A stretch of 62,806 bases of DNA, the filler included, from Octopus bimaculoides (Eukaryota), in the NCBI RefSeq assembly GCF_001194135.2. It is 5 parts of 5 records of this genome, joined end to end, with 100 filler letters (N's around TTAATTAATTAA, not from the genome) between each part and the next. Parts side by side here need not be neighbours in the genome. Positions count along the whole stretch, not along the records: positions 1 to 17,948 come from NC_069001.1; 4 more parts are not named here. One strand, written 5' to 3'. The notes beneath the pieces were generated by a model. That model was not told the DNA's origin, made no database searches, and saw only the letters and a list, made by a program, of their open reading frames with translations. Shown piece after piece: positions 1-14,400 of this stretch. Within the stretch, counting starts at the first letter, position 1. Each line of letters opens with the position of its first letter. Both the position numbers and the translations under genes were made by a program.

Positions 1-53
<53 letters not shown>
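1..53. repeat. (TA)n microsatellite
   Basis: Pure TA dinucleotide run; representative of dozens of (TA)n/(CA)n/(GA)n tracts in the window. Confidence 0.95.
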
Positions 54-57
<4 letters not shown>

Positions 58-3000
58 CGCATACATCATAGAAAAGTAGACGTATTTATACTACTGACTA
101 GATGTTGCAGAAAGATAGTTATTCAATGCATTTCAAATTTTGCTTCAAGTTTTACATCAATATTATACTACCGTGATTCAGTAGATAAGTTTGGTTCTAA
201 AGGCCTTTTACATCTTCGTAATAATCAAAATCAGTGTAACCTCTGCTGCTGAATCTGATTAATGTACAGTGTTTCTAATGCCAAGAATCTTTACTAAACT
301 GCTGAAACACAGAAATGCCCAGTGACATGTATATATTTCTATTTCTTGCTAATCTTGACATTATTTCTTGTCACTACGTTTACAAACACGCACACGCGCG
401 CATACACAATCACACACATGCGCACCTACACACGCATACACACATTTTCACATATACATACACAGATACACGCATGTATATATACGGTTTGGAAAATCTA
501 ACGTTTCGAAGAGAAATCTTTTTCACTGAAATGTGGTCAAGAGATTAACGAACGAGGGACGTATGTGAGAACGTGTTCATGTGTATGAGCGCGTACGCTT
601 GTGTGAGAGAGAATGTGTATTGCATTTGTTTTCTACTATTGGGAGGTAAACAGTTACTAGAAGTTTGTTAGGAAATCTATTCGCATGACATGGTTTATGA
701 ATTAAAATATCTGAATACACGGCATCTGAAATGTGCTGTTGGTTCAGGCACTAACAATGGAGCAGTTTCGTAGTACTAAATTTTCCTACGATATCAGAAT
801 GATATCAATTAAACAACACATATCGCGACATGAAAATACAGAAACGATAAACAAAAAACTTAAAGAAAAATCGTGTAAAACCTCTGGAAAGAATATGCAT
901 GATCGAAAGTAAAAGGAAAGAATATAATATTTAAAAATATATGCAAAAACATTTTGATGTATAAATAGAACACATCTAACATTGAAGATAAACACTCGTG
1001 ATTTCCTTAACTCATTGCTTCCATCTGGTTGAGTTTATACATCAGAATAATATTTCTTTAATAAAAGTTCAACTTCACTACTCGTACATGATTGAATAAA
1101 TCCTGGAGAGACTAACAGATGATGTGGGTGAGGTGTTCGGTGATCGAAGAGGGAATATGAAATATAATACATAAAACTACATGATTAAAAGGCAAACATT
1201 TATTCAAAAATATAACAATAGACAAAACGTTTATATAGAAAAATTTCTATCTTTAAGACAATGAAAAATATGCGAATGTGTTTATGAGGTTACATATGTA
1301 TGTGTGTATATCTGTTTGAGTATAATAACATGTTTCTGTATGTAGGTGTCAGACATACATATGTATCTACATGTATATTTTCATATATTTGTACATTTAA
1401 TATAAATATTCACAATTGTATACATAAACGTACATCCTATTCCCACCCCTCCCACTGACGTAGATAGATTGATAGAGAGGGAAGGAGGGGGAAGAAAGGA
1501 TGTCAGAGAGTGTGGTTGAATGATATAGAATAACAAATATAATCACAACGACAGCAACAACCAGAAAGTAATTGCCCAAGGGATTAAAAGTTATTATGGT
1601 GGAAAGATACGGAGCAGGAAAAGAGAAAGTGAGTCACACACACACATAGGCACAAGCGCACGCTCATATACATATAAGACAGAGAGAGAGATATATAATT
1701 CAGTGTAAGTCAAGAGGTAAGAGAAAGATAATGAGTCAGAAGTGCAATGGGATGAATGGTGAATGACAAAAGAAATGCCGAGTAAAGTGTAAGAGTGTGG
1801 AAATTCTGATATGAATATTTCGTCCCCAGAAGTGAACTGGCAGACTTCTAAAATAATTGACTCCATTTTGTAAAGATCAGAAGAAAGCGAAGAAAAACGC
1901 ACCTCTCACCACACCCCCTCTCTTTTTTTATCTCCTCATACTTTACTAAATATTGTTATGAGTATGCATATTTATACGTATGTACATAAGGCGTTGTAGA
2001 AGATATTGCATTGTGCCTGTTTGCTTGTTTACTTGCATGTGGGATTTTGTTTGCACATAGGTGTGTGTATGCTCATGTGGATACGTTCTTTTATGGATGT
2101 AATTGAATGCGTGTGTTTTTAGTGGAGGTGACAGCACGCCTGTATTTACGATTCTGTGTCGGCGGATATTTGGTTGTTTGCATAACTTTATATAGCAGTT
2201 TTTCGAGGTTCTATTTCATGCAATGCACTAAGAATTTTGAATAAATAAATTTTCAACCAAGAATAATAGAAAGTTATACATCTTCTGTGTAATCTTTGAA
2301 CTAAACAACACTTGTTGATTTTGTTCATACCTACCTCCGGTTCATTCACAATCGTGTTGAACTAAGACTTAAGATATCCTAGCCGGTAGTGTGTCCAGTG
2401 TACCGTATCTATCCAGTGCTGCAGTTGGCAGCGGGACAATATATCAATGGTGTAGGCTTTGAACTCAGCAATCCTGGGAAGTTGTTGAACACAATAATAT
2501 CTAAACGTATCTGGTTTCTGTTCAGAACAATCTTATATTATCGTAATTTGAATTCAGTACCATAGAATGAGTACTTCTTGAAACAGATTTAGTTGAAATC
2601 AACATGAATTAAACATATCGCAGATTAAACCCAGCTCATATTGAATCAAACAAAAGTTTATCGCTGTAAGAGTTGAACCGAACACTAATTGTTTTCAGAT
2701 ACATGAAGTAATAATTGAACATATAAAGAGAGAAACAGAACGTTACTTCAACAAGTTAGATACTGAACCCAGTAAATATTGATCTCATCAGTAATTGAGA
2801 CTTACCAGAGTTCATCTCAGCAAGTTTTGCACCCAACAGTACTTGATGATAAACATTTGTAAAACCAATCTGATATTAATACAATTAGCTTATAAAATGA
2901 GTTCACTTAGGTATTATGGACACTAATTTTTTTATTGTCATGGAAAGTTCACCTTGTCTGAGAAGATCTATTGTGTAACTTTAATTTCAGTTCAGCATTC

Positions 3001-3932
3001 CTATAAAATAAACAACATAAAGTGCATTTTGCAACCACCATCTTCATACTGCATAGATCCAGTGAAACACAAATTATTGATTTTACTGTTAATAATACGT
3101 ACGGCAAACTCAGTTTAACAATTGGGGCTTTTCGTCTTCATTTCGTCATATATAGACGAAATAAACCGAATCACCCCAGAAACCATAGCATACTGTGATT
3201 GTTTGCCAATGATTTTATCTAGGCACAACAGAATTTACAATGCAGCATGTAGTATTAAAAAATATATTTTTCTTTTCATATGCAGCCTTATGATATTTGG
3301 ATGTCTTTATAAAATACATTGGTACGAACCAAGAATGGATGTATTTATTGCAGGATATCTTTTAAGGCGGGGTAGAGCAACTTAAATCGAATTACGAATA
3401 TTTTACGACGGTTTGTTGTTTAGATAGACACACAGACAGACAGGTGAGCGGATGGATGGATATAAGTATGCGTGTACATATGTGTGAAACTATGTGCTGA
3501 AATTTCTCAACAGTTGACAATGAACAGTTTTCCGAACAGGAAATAACTATTTATTGGAATCTAAAGATTAATTGTTTCTACGCCGAGTTACATATTAGCG
3601 ACCATCGGGTCTAACGATCACAGAAGCTTCGGCTTCGTACTAAATTTAACAATATTTCAAATACATGCAAAATCATTCTTAGACGCCCAGATACGTCTGC
3701 CTGTTTATATGTACTAATCACTTAGAGTTATGTACGTAAAAAATCTCACCTATCTCACATAATTTAGCATTTTATACAGTACTGTCAGTTGTCTAAACAG
3801 CTCACACACGTGTGTGTATGACGAATATGATATATAAATGTGTATGTGAAGATATGCATACATGCAAACATAATTGTGTGTATATATATATGTATATATA
3901 TATATATATATATATGCAGTTACATATATATA

Positions 3933-3982
<50 letters not shown>

Positions 3983-4789
3983 ATTTAGTTATCTATATAT
4001 GCATGTATATGTATTGGTAAAAATCTTTCATTTTCTACATCTTGCAATTCTTTATTTCTGCATAAAAACAAACGAGCTTATAAATCAATAGTAAAAACAG
4101 AGAATTATTTCCATAAATTGTAATTCATTGAATTTATTGGTTTCGTTTGATAACAAGAATATACGAAGAAAAGTAACTACAATAACCTACATATGGTCTC
4201 GTGTTATTTTCATTGTTTTCTTTTGTTCCAATATACATTTAATCATCTCCCTTTCGTTCCACGATGTTATTCTATTGATACAATTGTGATTTCATTTCTC
4301 AACTATGTAATTATGAATTCTAAGATCACGATATCTGAACTTGTTCGATAAAAACGTTAGAAAAAAATATATGAGAATTGATTTAAACAGTCACTTTATG
4401 CTAGATGTTCTCAATAATAATTAGCACTACCCATTTCCCTTCTGTTGTTGTTGTTGTCTCTTTCCCTTTCTACATAGCTCAGTGAAGCTGTCTTTCGTTC
4501 ATCCTTATTTAAACGTCACATTACTGGTTGGTGAGCAAGGTATACCGAATGTATAACGAATGGAATGGGGAAACTTTATGAAGCGAATAGCCAAATTTCC
4601 CCCTCAGAGTGAAACACTCTCACCATCCAACTTTCATATGTATATATATATATATATATATGAATATATATAAACAGATAAGGTAGATATGTTTCTGCCA
4701 AAGATTGGTCATGTCTATCTTAATAGCATCACCTGATAGGATTAGCTAAATCCTTTTTAAGTCATGTTTTGTGGTATCATGGTCCGTTT

Positions 4790-5200
4790 GATTAAGGAGT
4801 TCTTGTTCAGTGATTTGTATCTACTTATATCAAGCTTATCTGGTATTCCTTGAAGAAATTTGTCCAGATTTCGTTTAAAGGTGATGGAATCCTTTTCCTC
4901 TTTGATCTATTTCGAGACAGTGTTAAATACGGCAGGGCCAGTTGTAGAAGAAAAATTTGTTGCAGTACAGTTATGTGTTGCGATCCTGAATTGGGTAGGG
5001 GTCGTATGACCCGTGGTCAAAGCCTTGGATGAAATTTGAAGTTAAAGTTGAGGTCGTTTGAGCAATGCTTGTAGTATATTTTCCACATCGTGCAAATGAT
5101 GTATCGTTGACAGCGGCGCTGGAGAGAATAGAGTTTCAGTGCTTTAAGGCGCTCCCAATAATTGAGGTCAAGCATGCCCTTAATTCATTTAGTGAATGTC
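4790..5200 (-). mobile_element. CR1/L2-like LINE, degenerate 3' end of ORF2
   Basis: Minus strand reads GMLDLNYWERLKALKLYSLQRRCQRY...KEEKDSITFKRNLDKFLQGIPD, matching the post-RT motifs YxERLxxLxLxSLxxRR and FKxxLDxF of CR1/L2-group LINEs; contains an in-frame stop. Confidence 0.75.
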
Positions 5201-5728
5201 CCCTAGAGTGTTTCAGTTTTCGAAATGCTTTGTCTTCTATAAGGAGACAACATGGTGCAGCAGTATTCTGCGTATGACCGTGCCAGAGAGAAGAAAAGAG
5301 GAATAATGATATCTTGTTCTCTGCACCAGAAGGTTCTTTGTGTCCAGGAGCACAACCTACGAGCCATATCGACTTTATTCTTGATGTGGGCAAAAATGAT
5401 CTTTGGTCTTAGATTTTGATATACAAAGATTTGATAAACAAGACTATAAATTAAAACCGACCCAAAAATCTAGATCTCTAGCAGGTTTTTCCTGAAGCTT
5501 TAGTAGTTTTTAAGATGAAGTGAATACAGCATGGACTTTGCCTTTTTACACTCTTAGAAGATTTAGGTAAAATTATACAAATGTATCAAACTGATTAAAT
5601 AAATTCTATTTATTTTATTTATGCAGCTAAGGTTTGCTCTGCATTTAAATTGAGATAATGGTTGCATTGTTCAATTAAATGGAGTCGTTTGAAGCGATCG
5701 TACTGCATCACCCCTGCATATTCTGTTG

Positions 5729-5768
<40 letters not shown>

Positions 5769-6054
5769 TGTATGTAGATTTCATATACATGTACATATAT
5801 ATGTTTGTATGTAGATTTCATATATATGTATATATATATGCATATATATATATATTTCATAAACATGTATGTATATATGTACATATATGTTNNNNNNNNN
5901 NNNNNNNNNNNNNNNNNNNNNNNNNNNNNNNNNNNNNNNNNNNNNNNNNNNNNNNNNNNNNNNNNNNNNNNNNNNNNNNNNNNNNNNNNNNNNNNNNNNN
6001 NNNNNNNNNNNNNNNNNNNNNNNNNNNNNNNNNNNNNNNNNNNNNNNNNNNATA

Positions 6055-6250
6055 TATATGTCTGTGTGTCCCTATTTTCCCTCCACCATTGCTTGACAAT
6101 CGATGTTGGTGTGTTTACGTCACCGTATCTTGGCAGTTCGACAAAAGGGTCCGATGGAATAAGTACTAGGCTAAGAAAAAAGTTCTAAGGTTGATTTGTT
6201 CGACCAAAGGTGGTGCTGCAACATGGACTGAAATAAGACTGAGACAAATA
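6055..6250 (+). mobile_element. SINE-like family B, 3' half
   Basis: ccaccattgcttgacaatcgatgttggtgtgtttacgtc...gaataagtactaggct matches the 3' half of the full copy at 36186-36600. Confidence 0.7.
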
Positions 6251-6260
6251 AAATAATATA

Positions 6261-6301
<41 letters not shown>

Positions 6302-7078
6302 AAAATATATTTCACATATATGTATTATATATATGTATATTATATAAATACTTACGTGTTTCTACGTGTGTTAAAGAGAGAGAGAGAGACAGAGATAGAT
6401 TTATATATTTCATATATGCATTTTGCCGTGTAACAAATCTTACACGTTACGTTGACAGTTGCTTACATGTTACAATGTGTTGTACAAGTGACAGTTAGTT
6501 GAGACACAGGAGTAATGTTGTAAGTGTCTGTCACTGTACATAATGTAATATAAAATATTAATGTATTTGCCCTATATTTCTCATGGCGTTCCACATCAGG
6601 AAATGCTTATTCATGGTATAACATACATCTACTCCGATATATATCGCAGCGTTACGATATATTGGTTTGTGCATGCTAAAAATTCTAGAAGTTAACGCAT
6701 TGATAATACACGGCTCAAGAGAGAAACTGCCACAGAAGGCATCTGCGGTAAACATTTCATGTCTTTAATTTCTAAAATAATAAATGTCTTTTGAAGCATG
6801 TTAAGTAATACTATAATTTTTTTATAAAGAGAAAAGTTTGTTAAATCGCATCTTTCCTTATCAAAATCTATATTTTCGTCACATCGCCAACATCGGTTGT
6901 CAAGCGATGTTGGCGGGGACTAACACTGACGCACAAACATATACACACAAACATGCATATACATATATACAAATACGACGGGCTTCTTCCAGTTATATAC
7001 ACACAAACACATGTATATATAAACGTGTCTATATATACGCATATATAGTTATAGATATTTTGTGTGTGTGTGTGTATG

Positions 7079-7110
<32 letters not shown>

Positions 7111-7209
7111 AGTGTTAATAGTTAGATATACATATGCAGACACGTGTGTGTGTTTGCTTCTGTGTGTGNNNNNNNNNNGTGTTTGCTTCTGTGTGTGTGT
7201 GTGTATGTG

Positions 7210-7262
<53 letters not shown>

Positions 7263-9409
7263 AGGAAACAGAGGAGGAAATCTCTTTCTGGAGCTATTCG
7301 TCAACCCATGATTATGGTAGAAATCATTTGCCCAAGTTGGTGCGCAGTTGGATGAAACCCAGAATTACGTAGCTAAAAAGAAAACTTCTCAAGCGACAAT
7401 GATATTTGGAAGAGAATATCCGGTGACTCGTCAACCTCATGGCCTCTGGCAATATTTTCTGTCAACGAAGAAAACAAAGAAACAAACGAATGACATCGAT
7501 TACAGAAAGAAAAAAATAAAACAACCTCCCTCTCCATGGTAACCTGCTAAGTTGTACCCATGTAAGCTATATGAAAAGAACGAGATGACAGAATATACGT
7601 AAAGATACGCATACACAACATAAACACTCCACATATGTTTATACGAGTTGGCTGTTTTGTGTGGTTTTTACCTCCTTTATCTGATTTGTCAATATCTTTC
7701 TTCAACTGTGAAATTTCCCTTTGTACGTTTTCTATATCCTGAGTTGTTGTATGTATTTGTCGTTAAATCAATCTCTTCCGGAATTATGTCGTATATTCGT
7801 ATTTTTTCAGATATTTCGTGCATATATTACTATATAAGAGGAACACCTTTTCAGGTCTTTCGTTTAGAATTTTATCAAGTTTGCTTTGCTTATTTCCCCC
7901 CAAAAATTCCTTTTAAGAACTACACTTCTTAAATACAACGCACACGTTTGTAGACTTTTGTAATCTCATCTCCAAGTTGAAGTAATTTTGGCATCTACTG
8001 CTGCCTGTTTATAGTAGACATTGTGATATGAAATTTTGCCAAAGACATAATGTTGATCGTTAGATTTATTCGTCATGTCACACATTTGTAGAAAACTTAA
8101 CGAAACATTACATAAATATTCGGACGGCGCCAGAAATATGGACAGTGCACTCCCAGTTACAGATAACATTGAAGACACCTCGCCTTAATAAAAATCCAAT
8201 ATCCAAAACTGTACAAATGAAACTCCTACCAATAGAATAACTACATAACTAAGATATAATTTAGAACTGAAATACAAACATCATGCTCGTTTAGAGCAAA
8301 GTCACAAATAAGTAATAATATAGAAACAGCGAATCTCTATAGAGATACAAAATATCAAACATAGTGTTCTTACTTAGTCGGGCACTTATATTCCCTTCCA
8401 CTGTAGATAACGAAACCCCGAAATATAATCAACCACGAATTAGCGACAGGTATTATCACAAATTCATAGAACAAGACCTAGATGAATGCAACCATAGACA
8501 CATTGCAATAAATTTCGCCAATATCACACGTAATAAATATGCACAAATCACACAAACGGTACGGCATGAATGTAATGTGTAACTATAGAAGACATGAGCG
8601 TATTTCCAAACACCTCATAAAGCATAACACAGAATGCATTACAATAACTCTATATGTCATTACAAATGATATACAACAAAAATCATAATTAAAAACCTTC
8701 AAATCTTTAACAGTCCACTAGAATATATATCCGTGAACAAGGTACTAATAATAAATAACATAAATTTGTTTGAAAACAGAAAATTTCTAAAGTGCAGCGA
8801 CTCCCTCTGTAACAATGGTCGTAAAGCATTGCCCCTTCAGACAAACTATAACAAGCAATTACAATTGCGTATTCAAAACAATACTATTTAAAATAAGACA
8901 TCAGCGGACATCATCACAACAAGGTGATACATGATAAATACAGTAGACGCAGTTTTTTATGTGTTTAAATAAACACGCAGAAATTTATCCATAAAATTCC
9001 TGTCTATTAATTTCATTCATATGTGTAAATGAGTTTTTCACATGTGTTCAAGATGGTACCTTTTCCATTAACTGAAAATGTTTACCTGTGATACTTTTTG
9101 TATATGAGCATCACAGAATTTCCCCCTTTCAATAATTATATTTTAACGTGTACGTTCTCCGTTCCCGCTGCTATTTACCAATCAGTTTTAATCAATCGGT
9201 CGTGGCAAAGTGTTATTCTGAGTGATATTTCTACGGGAGACAGCGGCGTGCAGCTGCCACTGAAGAAATGTAAAGTCGTACAGGAATGTACTCATCTGAA
9301 AATTTCTGAAGAGTACAATTGTATACGTTTATATTTCATGAGACGTGTATTTTAGATATTTTTTCTTTTTCCTTAGGCTTTGCTTAGGCTTTGCTTATCT
9401 ACATACATA

Positions 9410-9441
<32 letters not shown>

Positions 9442-9938
9442 NNNNNNNNNNNNNNNNNNNNNNNNNNNNNNNNNNNNNNNNNNNNNNNNNNNNNNNNNNN
9501 NNNNNNNNNNNNNNNNNNNNNNNNNNNNNNNNNNNNNNNNNNNNNNNNNNNNNNNNNNNNNNNNNNNNNNNNNNNNNNNNNNNNNNNNNNNNNNNNNNNN
9601 NNNNNNNNNNNNNNNNNNNNNNNNNNNNNNNNNNNNNNNNNNNNNNNNNNNNNNNNNNNNNNNNNNNNNNNNNNNNNNNNNNNNNNNNNNNNNNNNNNNN
9701 NNNNNNNNNNNNNNNNNNNNNNNNNNNNNNNNNNNNNNNNNNNNNNNNNNNNNNNNNNNNNNNNNNNNNNNNNNNNNNNNNNNNNNNNNNNNNNNNNNNN
9801 NNNNNNNNNNNNNNNNNNNNNNNNNNNNNNNNNNNNNNNNNNNNNNNNNNNNNNNNNNNNNNNNNNNNNNNNNNNNNNNNNNNNNNNNNNNNNNNNNNNN
9901 NNNNNNNNNNNNNNNNNNNNNNNNNNNNNNNNNNNNNN

Positions 9939-9980
<42 letters not shown>

Positions 9981-10739
9981 TACACACACACACACACACA
10001 TACGCGCATGCCCTCACGTAGACTAATCCATACGAATACATACATGTGTGTATTATGCATATTTGTTTTTATGCATGCATGTACGTATATATGCATCTAT
10101 GTGTATAGCATAGAGAGAGGAAAGAAAGAAAGAAAGAGAGTGAGAGTTGCTGAATGAAATCCACAAACAGTTTACATTGCTTTCAAATGGAAATTTCAAG
10201 CACTGACAGCTAACATTTTGTTGTTCATCTTAAACACACGTTTTGTTTAGTCGCTTCTGGCAATGACAGAATACCTCAGCGCTTTGTTATTGCGATGTAT
10301 CAACGTTCTGCTAAACAGCATCGCTCAGTTTCTATTTAAATATTTCAAAATAAACACCCGAACTTTCAAAATATTTATATTGCAAACAGCAAAACACTCA
10401 TACTAAAATATTGATTTATAATTTTAATACTCGAAATATTTAGAGAGAGTTGCGTAAATGTTATTCAATTGACTTTAAAATTTAACTGTTACATATTTTT
10501 CGTTACCTAACAAATTTTAAAAGAATACACTCTCTGTGTAATTTTAAACTCAGAATATAAGGATGATCTCGACTAGGGATTCCAAACGATCCGGCTACTG
10601 ATTATTTAGTGCCAAGACGAACGGGAAGAATAATGTTAATTTTGTTTTATTTTATTGATCATGACAGTTTGACGGGTGTTTTTGTATTAAATGTAATATA
10701 TATGTATAATATATGCTTTTTTATGCAATATATATATTT

Positions 10740-11113
10740 GTTGTTGTTGTTGACACTCCGTCGCTTACGACGTCGAGGGTTCCAGTTGATGCGATCAACA
10801 GAATAGCCTGCTCGTGAAATTAACGTGCTAGTGGCTGAGCACTCCACAGACACGTGTACCCTGAACGTAGTTCTCGGGGATATTCAGCGTGACAAGGCTG
10901 ACCCTTTGGATTACAGACACAACAGAAACAGTAAGAGTGAGAGAAAGTTGTGGTGAAAGAGTACAGCAGGGTTCGTCATCATACCCTGCCGGAGCCTCGT
11001 GGAACTTTAGGTGATTTCGCTCAATAAAGACTTACAACGCCCGGTCTGGGAATCGAAACCGCGATCCTATGACCGCGAGTCCGCTGCCCTAATGTCTGGG
11101 CCATTGCGCCTCC
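10740..11113 (-). mobile_element. tRNA-derived SINE family A, copy 1
   Basis: Minus-strand 5' end ggaggcgcaatggcccagacattagggcagcggactcgcggtcataggatcgcggtttcgattccc (tRNA-like A/B boxes) and (CAA)n tail; near-identical to 18596-18979 and 58218-58594. Confidence 0.85.
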
Positions 11114-13111
11114 ACAGTAAACAAACTACATATTATGCACGCCGTTGCATTTTGTTTTGCTCGTGATCCCTCTATCCGTGGGCCAAAAATATCGGTTTCA
11201 CTAATATAGGCCCCAAATATTTTCGTCTTTTTTCGTTTCCGTTACTGGTTTCGATTCTAGAATGTCGTTACTAGTTATTTCACAAGGTTTTGGGCAACAT
11301 AGTATAATGGTGACACAGACGAGATTTGTAGCCAGGTAAATATTCAGACTCTATTGTTTGAACTCACCTCTGTTCTCTTCAGTTTCATTTGACATGTATG
11401 ATAAACCCTCATTGTCTAAGATTAAAAAGAAACTGTAACAATTGATTGAGTGTTTCAGTGCTATATAATGGTGCGCACTAGGCTACACTGGAGATTTAAA
11501 ATTCATTTCGTATATCTTATGTCAATCATAAAGGTGAATTTTAAAATAAATCAATATCCGTTTGTTTCAGCGACGAATATTCATTGTTTAATCAATACAG
11601 TTATTTGCTCATTGATTTAGTGTATAAATGGCTAAACACTACTGACACAGGTCTCCCTTAGCGTAGTTCCGTCCGAATGTACCAACATGATACAATTTAA
11701 AATTCAGAATTTTAGTTTCAGCACGATCTCCATTTGCATAATTCTCCATTTGCAGGTCTTGAGGCGAACAAGTACAAAGGTAAAAGTCACTTTGCTAAAA
11801 ACTAAAATCAAACTTGGGTTTATATTCTTCAGAGCGTTGTAACCATGTAGCCTCCATTCAAATAATGGATTATAATAACCCATCAATATAAATTCACGCA
11901 TAACTAAGGTTTTTTTATGTTTGGAAACAGTGTCTTGTCTGATCAAGAATTCAATATAACATCGGAGAAATTTGAAATGGTGCTTAGAGCAGAATCTGTA
12001 TTCACCGTATCCACTGCATTTCGTTATGTGAATGTTTACCGCCAATGCACTTGCAGATATTTCATCAAATGCTTAGAATGGCGAGTATAATGGCTTAAGG
12101 TGATATATGAGATCACAAATAGGATAAACCAAAGCCGCCACTCCCCAAATATATATTTAATTGAAGATCCTACTACAAAGACTCGATGCGATTACTCCTC
12201 TTAATGAATTTATCAGCTAAATCACCATCCATGTACCGATAGTGAAAAAAGCCTGGTTGAACCCGTTTAGAAGACCATATCCTCTGTATCTGTTTTATTA
12301 AGTTAGACCAGGGCTCTAAAGAACATCTCTAAGTGTATATTTACTTAAGACCTAACTGATTCTATTTATTGAAATATCTCAGCAACTTAAATCTAGTCCA
12401 AATTATACTCTCTCTTTGCCAATAATTTAACAAGGCAATCCATATAATATGACAGATATTGATAAACACTTTAAGCAGGATTAACTATTTCCAAGTAATT
12501 ATAGAGAAAGGGTTTATATTCTGACAGAAAGCAATTTCAAAGAAGATGAAATTAGTGGTATTGATATATTAATCAATGTCAAAGTTTAACAACATCGCTC
12601 TAATAATATGTTCGATGGGAATCTTAGGTTAACCAAGCACCAATTAAATTAATTATCAAACATAAATCTTAAGTAAACCACAAATACGTTCCTTTAGAAT
12701 GCGCTGAGTAGATTGAATGGAAGTTGAGAATGTACGTTTCATAAAGTAACGTGACTAGTTCGTAATCTAATCTCGTAGAAGTCCATAAACACAGTACATA
12801 ATCTGTGAATAAACTAGATTTAAAAACAACTGGGTTGACAAAATATATGGATGCTGGTAAAAAGACAATGTGAGAAGCGGTGTATTTTGTAGTAAATACT
12901 CGTATACTGTCAGATGACAATTTCATTACAGTTGTGCAATCTGGTGAAGTATGCGCATCACTATATTTTGCTTTGTGTAACTGTGAGCGTACGAAATGTG
13001 AATATTACTGAAAAGCTTTAGAATATATAGGAGAGGGACATACCGTTTATTGTTTATATATATATATGTGTGTGTATGTATGTATGTACACTCTCTCTCA
13101 CACACAAATAT

Positions 13112-13143
<32 letters not shown>

Positions 13144-13959
13144 TTGCACATACACGCTTGTGTTTGCATTAGATCAAACATACATAAATCATATCTTAGT
13201 GGTGAAACATCATTAAAATTACGGAATCCATTTTCTTAATTTAGAAAACAGATTGGAAATCCGCCATTTGCTTCACTTGATGTACGTCCGTTGGTCACGA
13301 AGTAATATTTTATGCTTATTCAATGTATTCTCATGTATATAAATTATTAAATAGAAGAGAACGCTCACATCGTAAATAAGAATGACCAGCAATGTCATTT
13401 TATTCTTCGGATGAATTTCCTATAAAGCAATAAAATTCTTTGCTACCAAAATGCATGTGTGTAATGTTTGAAACGTCTCAGAATGAATATGTTTTGAAGC
13501 TTCTGTCAAAAGGAACACATTCCTAAGTGAACCTACTGAAAATATTCTGTTATATTGTCAAAATCAATATAAAAACATCCAACATAGAACGCTGTGTTTG
13601 TTTTTATTTCAACCGTAATGTCCGATCTGTAGCCTTTTCTTCTTTTATTATTTTTTTTTATATTCCATTTAATCTAAGTGGAATATGTTACTAAGTAAAG
13701 GATGGTAAATTACAAAAATGAAAGAAGATTACTTCTTAGTAATGGAGAAAATCTTCTACGAGAAAAACACATTTTCTATATTGCTTTACACAAATATATT
13801 TAAGTATGTTTTCCATCAACGTGTACGACAACAATCACAGAAGCCGATGAGTATTTATGTTGTTCATACACCTGGTAGAAATAGCACCCAAATTGTCCTC
13901 AAAATATACCTAAACAGCTTTAAAAACAGAATAACACAGAATATGATATATTAACATGT

Positions 13960-14400
13960 CGGTATGTCTGTGCCGTTAGGAAATTCGCTTAGCTACCACG
14001 CGATCTTGAGTTCAGTATTTCAGCTTGACATCTTGGGCGCTTTCTACTATAGCCCCGGGCTGTGCAATAAACTGCAAGTGAATTAGATAGGCGAAAATTG
14101 TCTAGAAACCAATCATGTGAAGAAGCTTTTTTCCCAACCACATGGTTTCAGATTCAGTCCCACTACATGGTGCCTTGAGTAAGTGTCTTCTACTGTATCT
14201 CCGGGCCGACCAATGCCTTGTGAGTAAAGTTGGTAGAAGGTATCTGAAACAAAATCATCTCATATATACAATATATACCCATGTGTCTGTCTTTGTGTTT
14301 AACTCCCACTACCACTTGACAATAATTGTTTGTTTGTTTACGTTCCCCTAATTTAGGGGTTCTGCTAAACAGACCCATAAGTACCAGGCTTCCAAACAAT
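13960..14400 (+). mobile_element. Two degenerate SINE family B fragments
   Basis: accaccacatggtttcagattcagtcccactacatggtgccttgagtaagtgtcttctact-like segment (caaccacatggtttcagattcagtcccact...ccgggccgaccaatgccttgtgag) matches the head of the copy at 36186. Confidence 0.6.

Noticed and set aside
10740-11113. tRNA-like sequences (also at 21504, 23940 and 36186) as true tRNA genes
   Set aside because: They lack a complete acceptor stem and continue into shared repeat bodies; they are SINE heads.
11560-13000. Coding-looking stretch, including the 113-aa minus ORF at 11704-12045, with faint astacin-like or transporter-like snippets in other frames
   Set aside because: Many stops in every frame and no consistent family motif; cannot be supported without a profile search.
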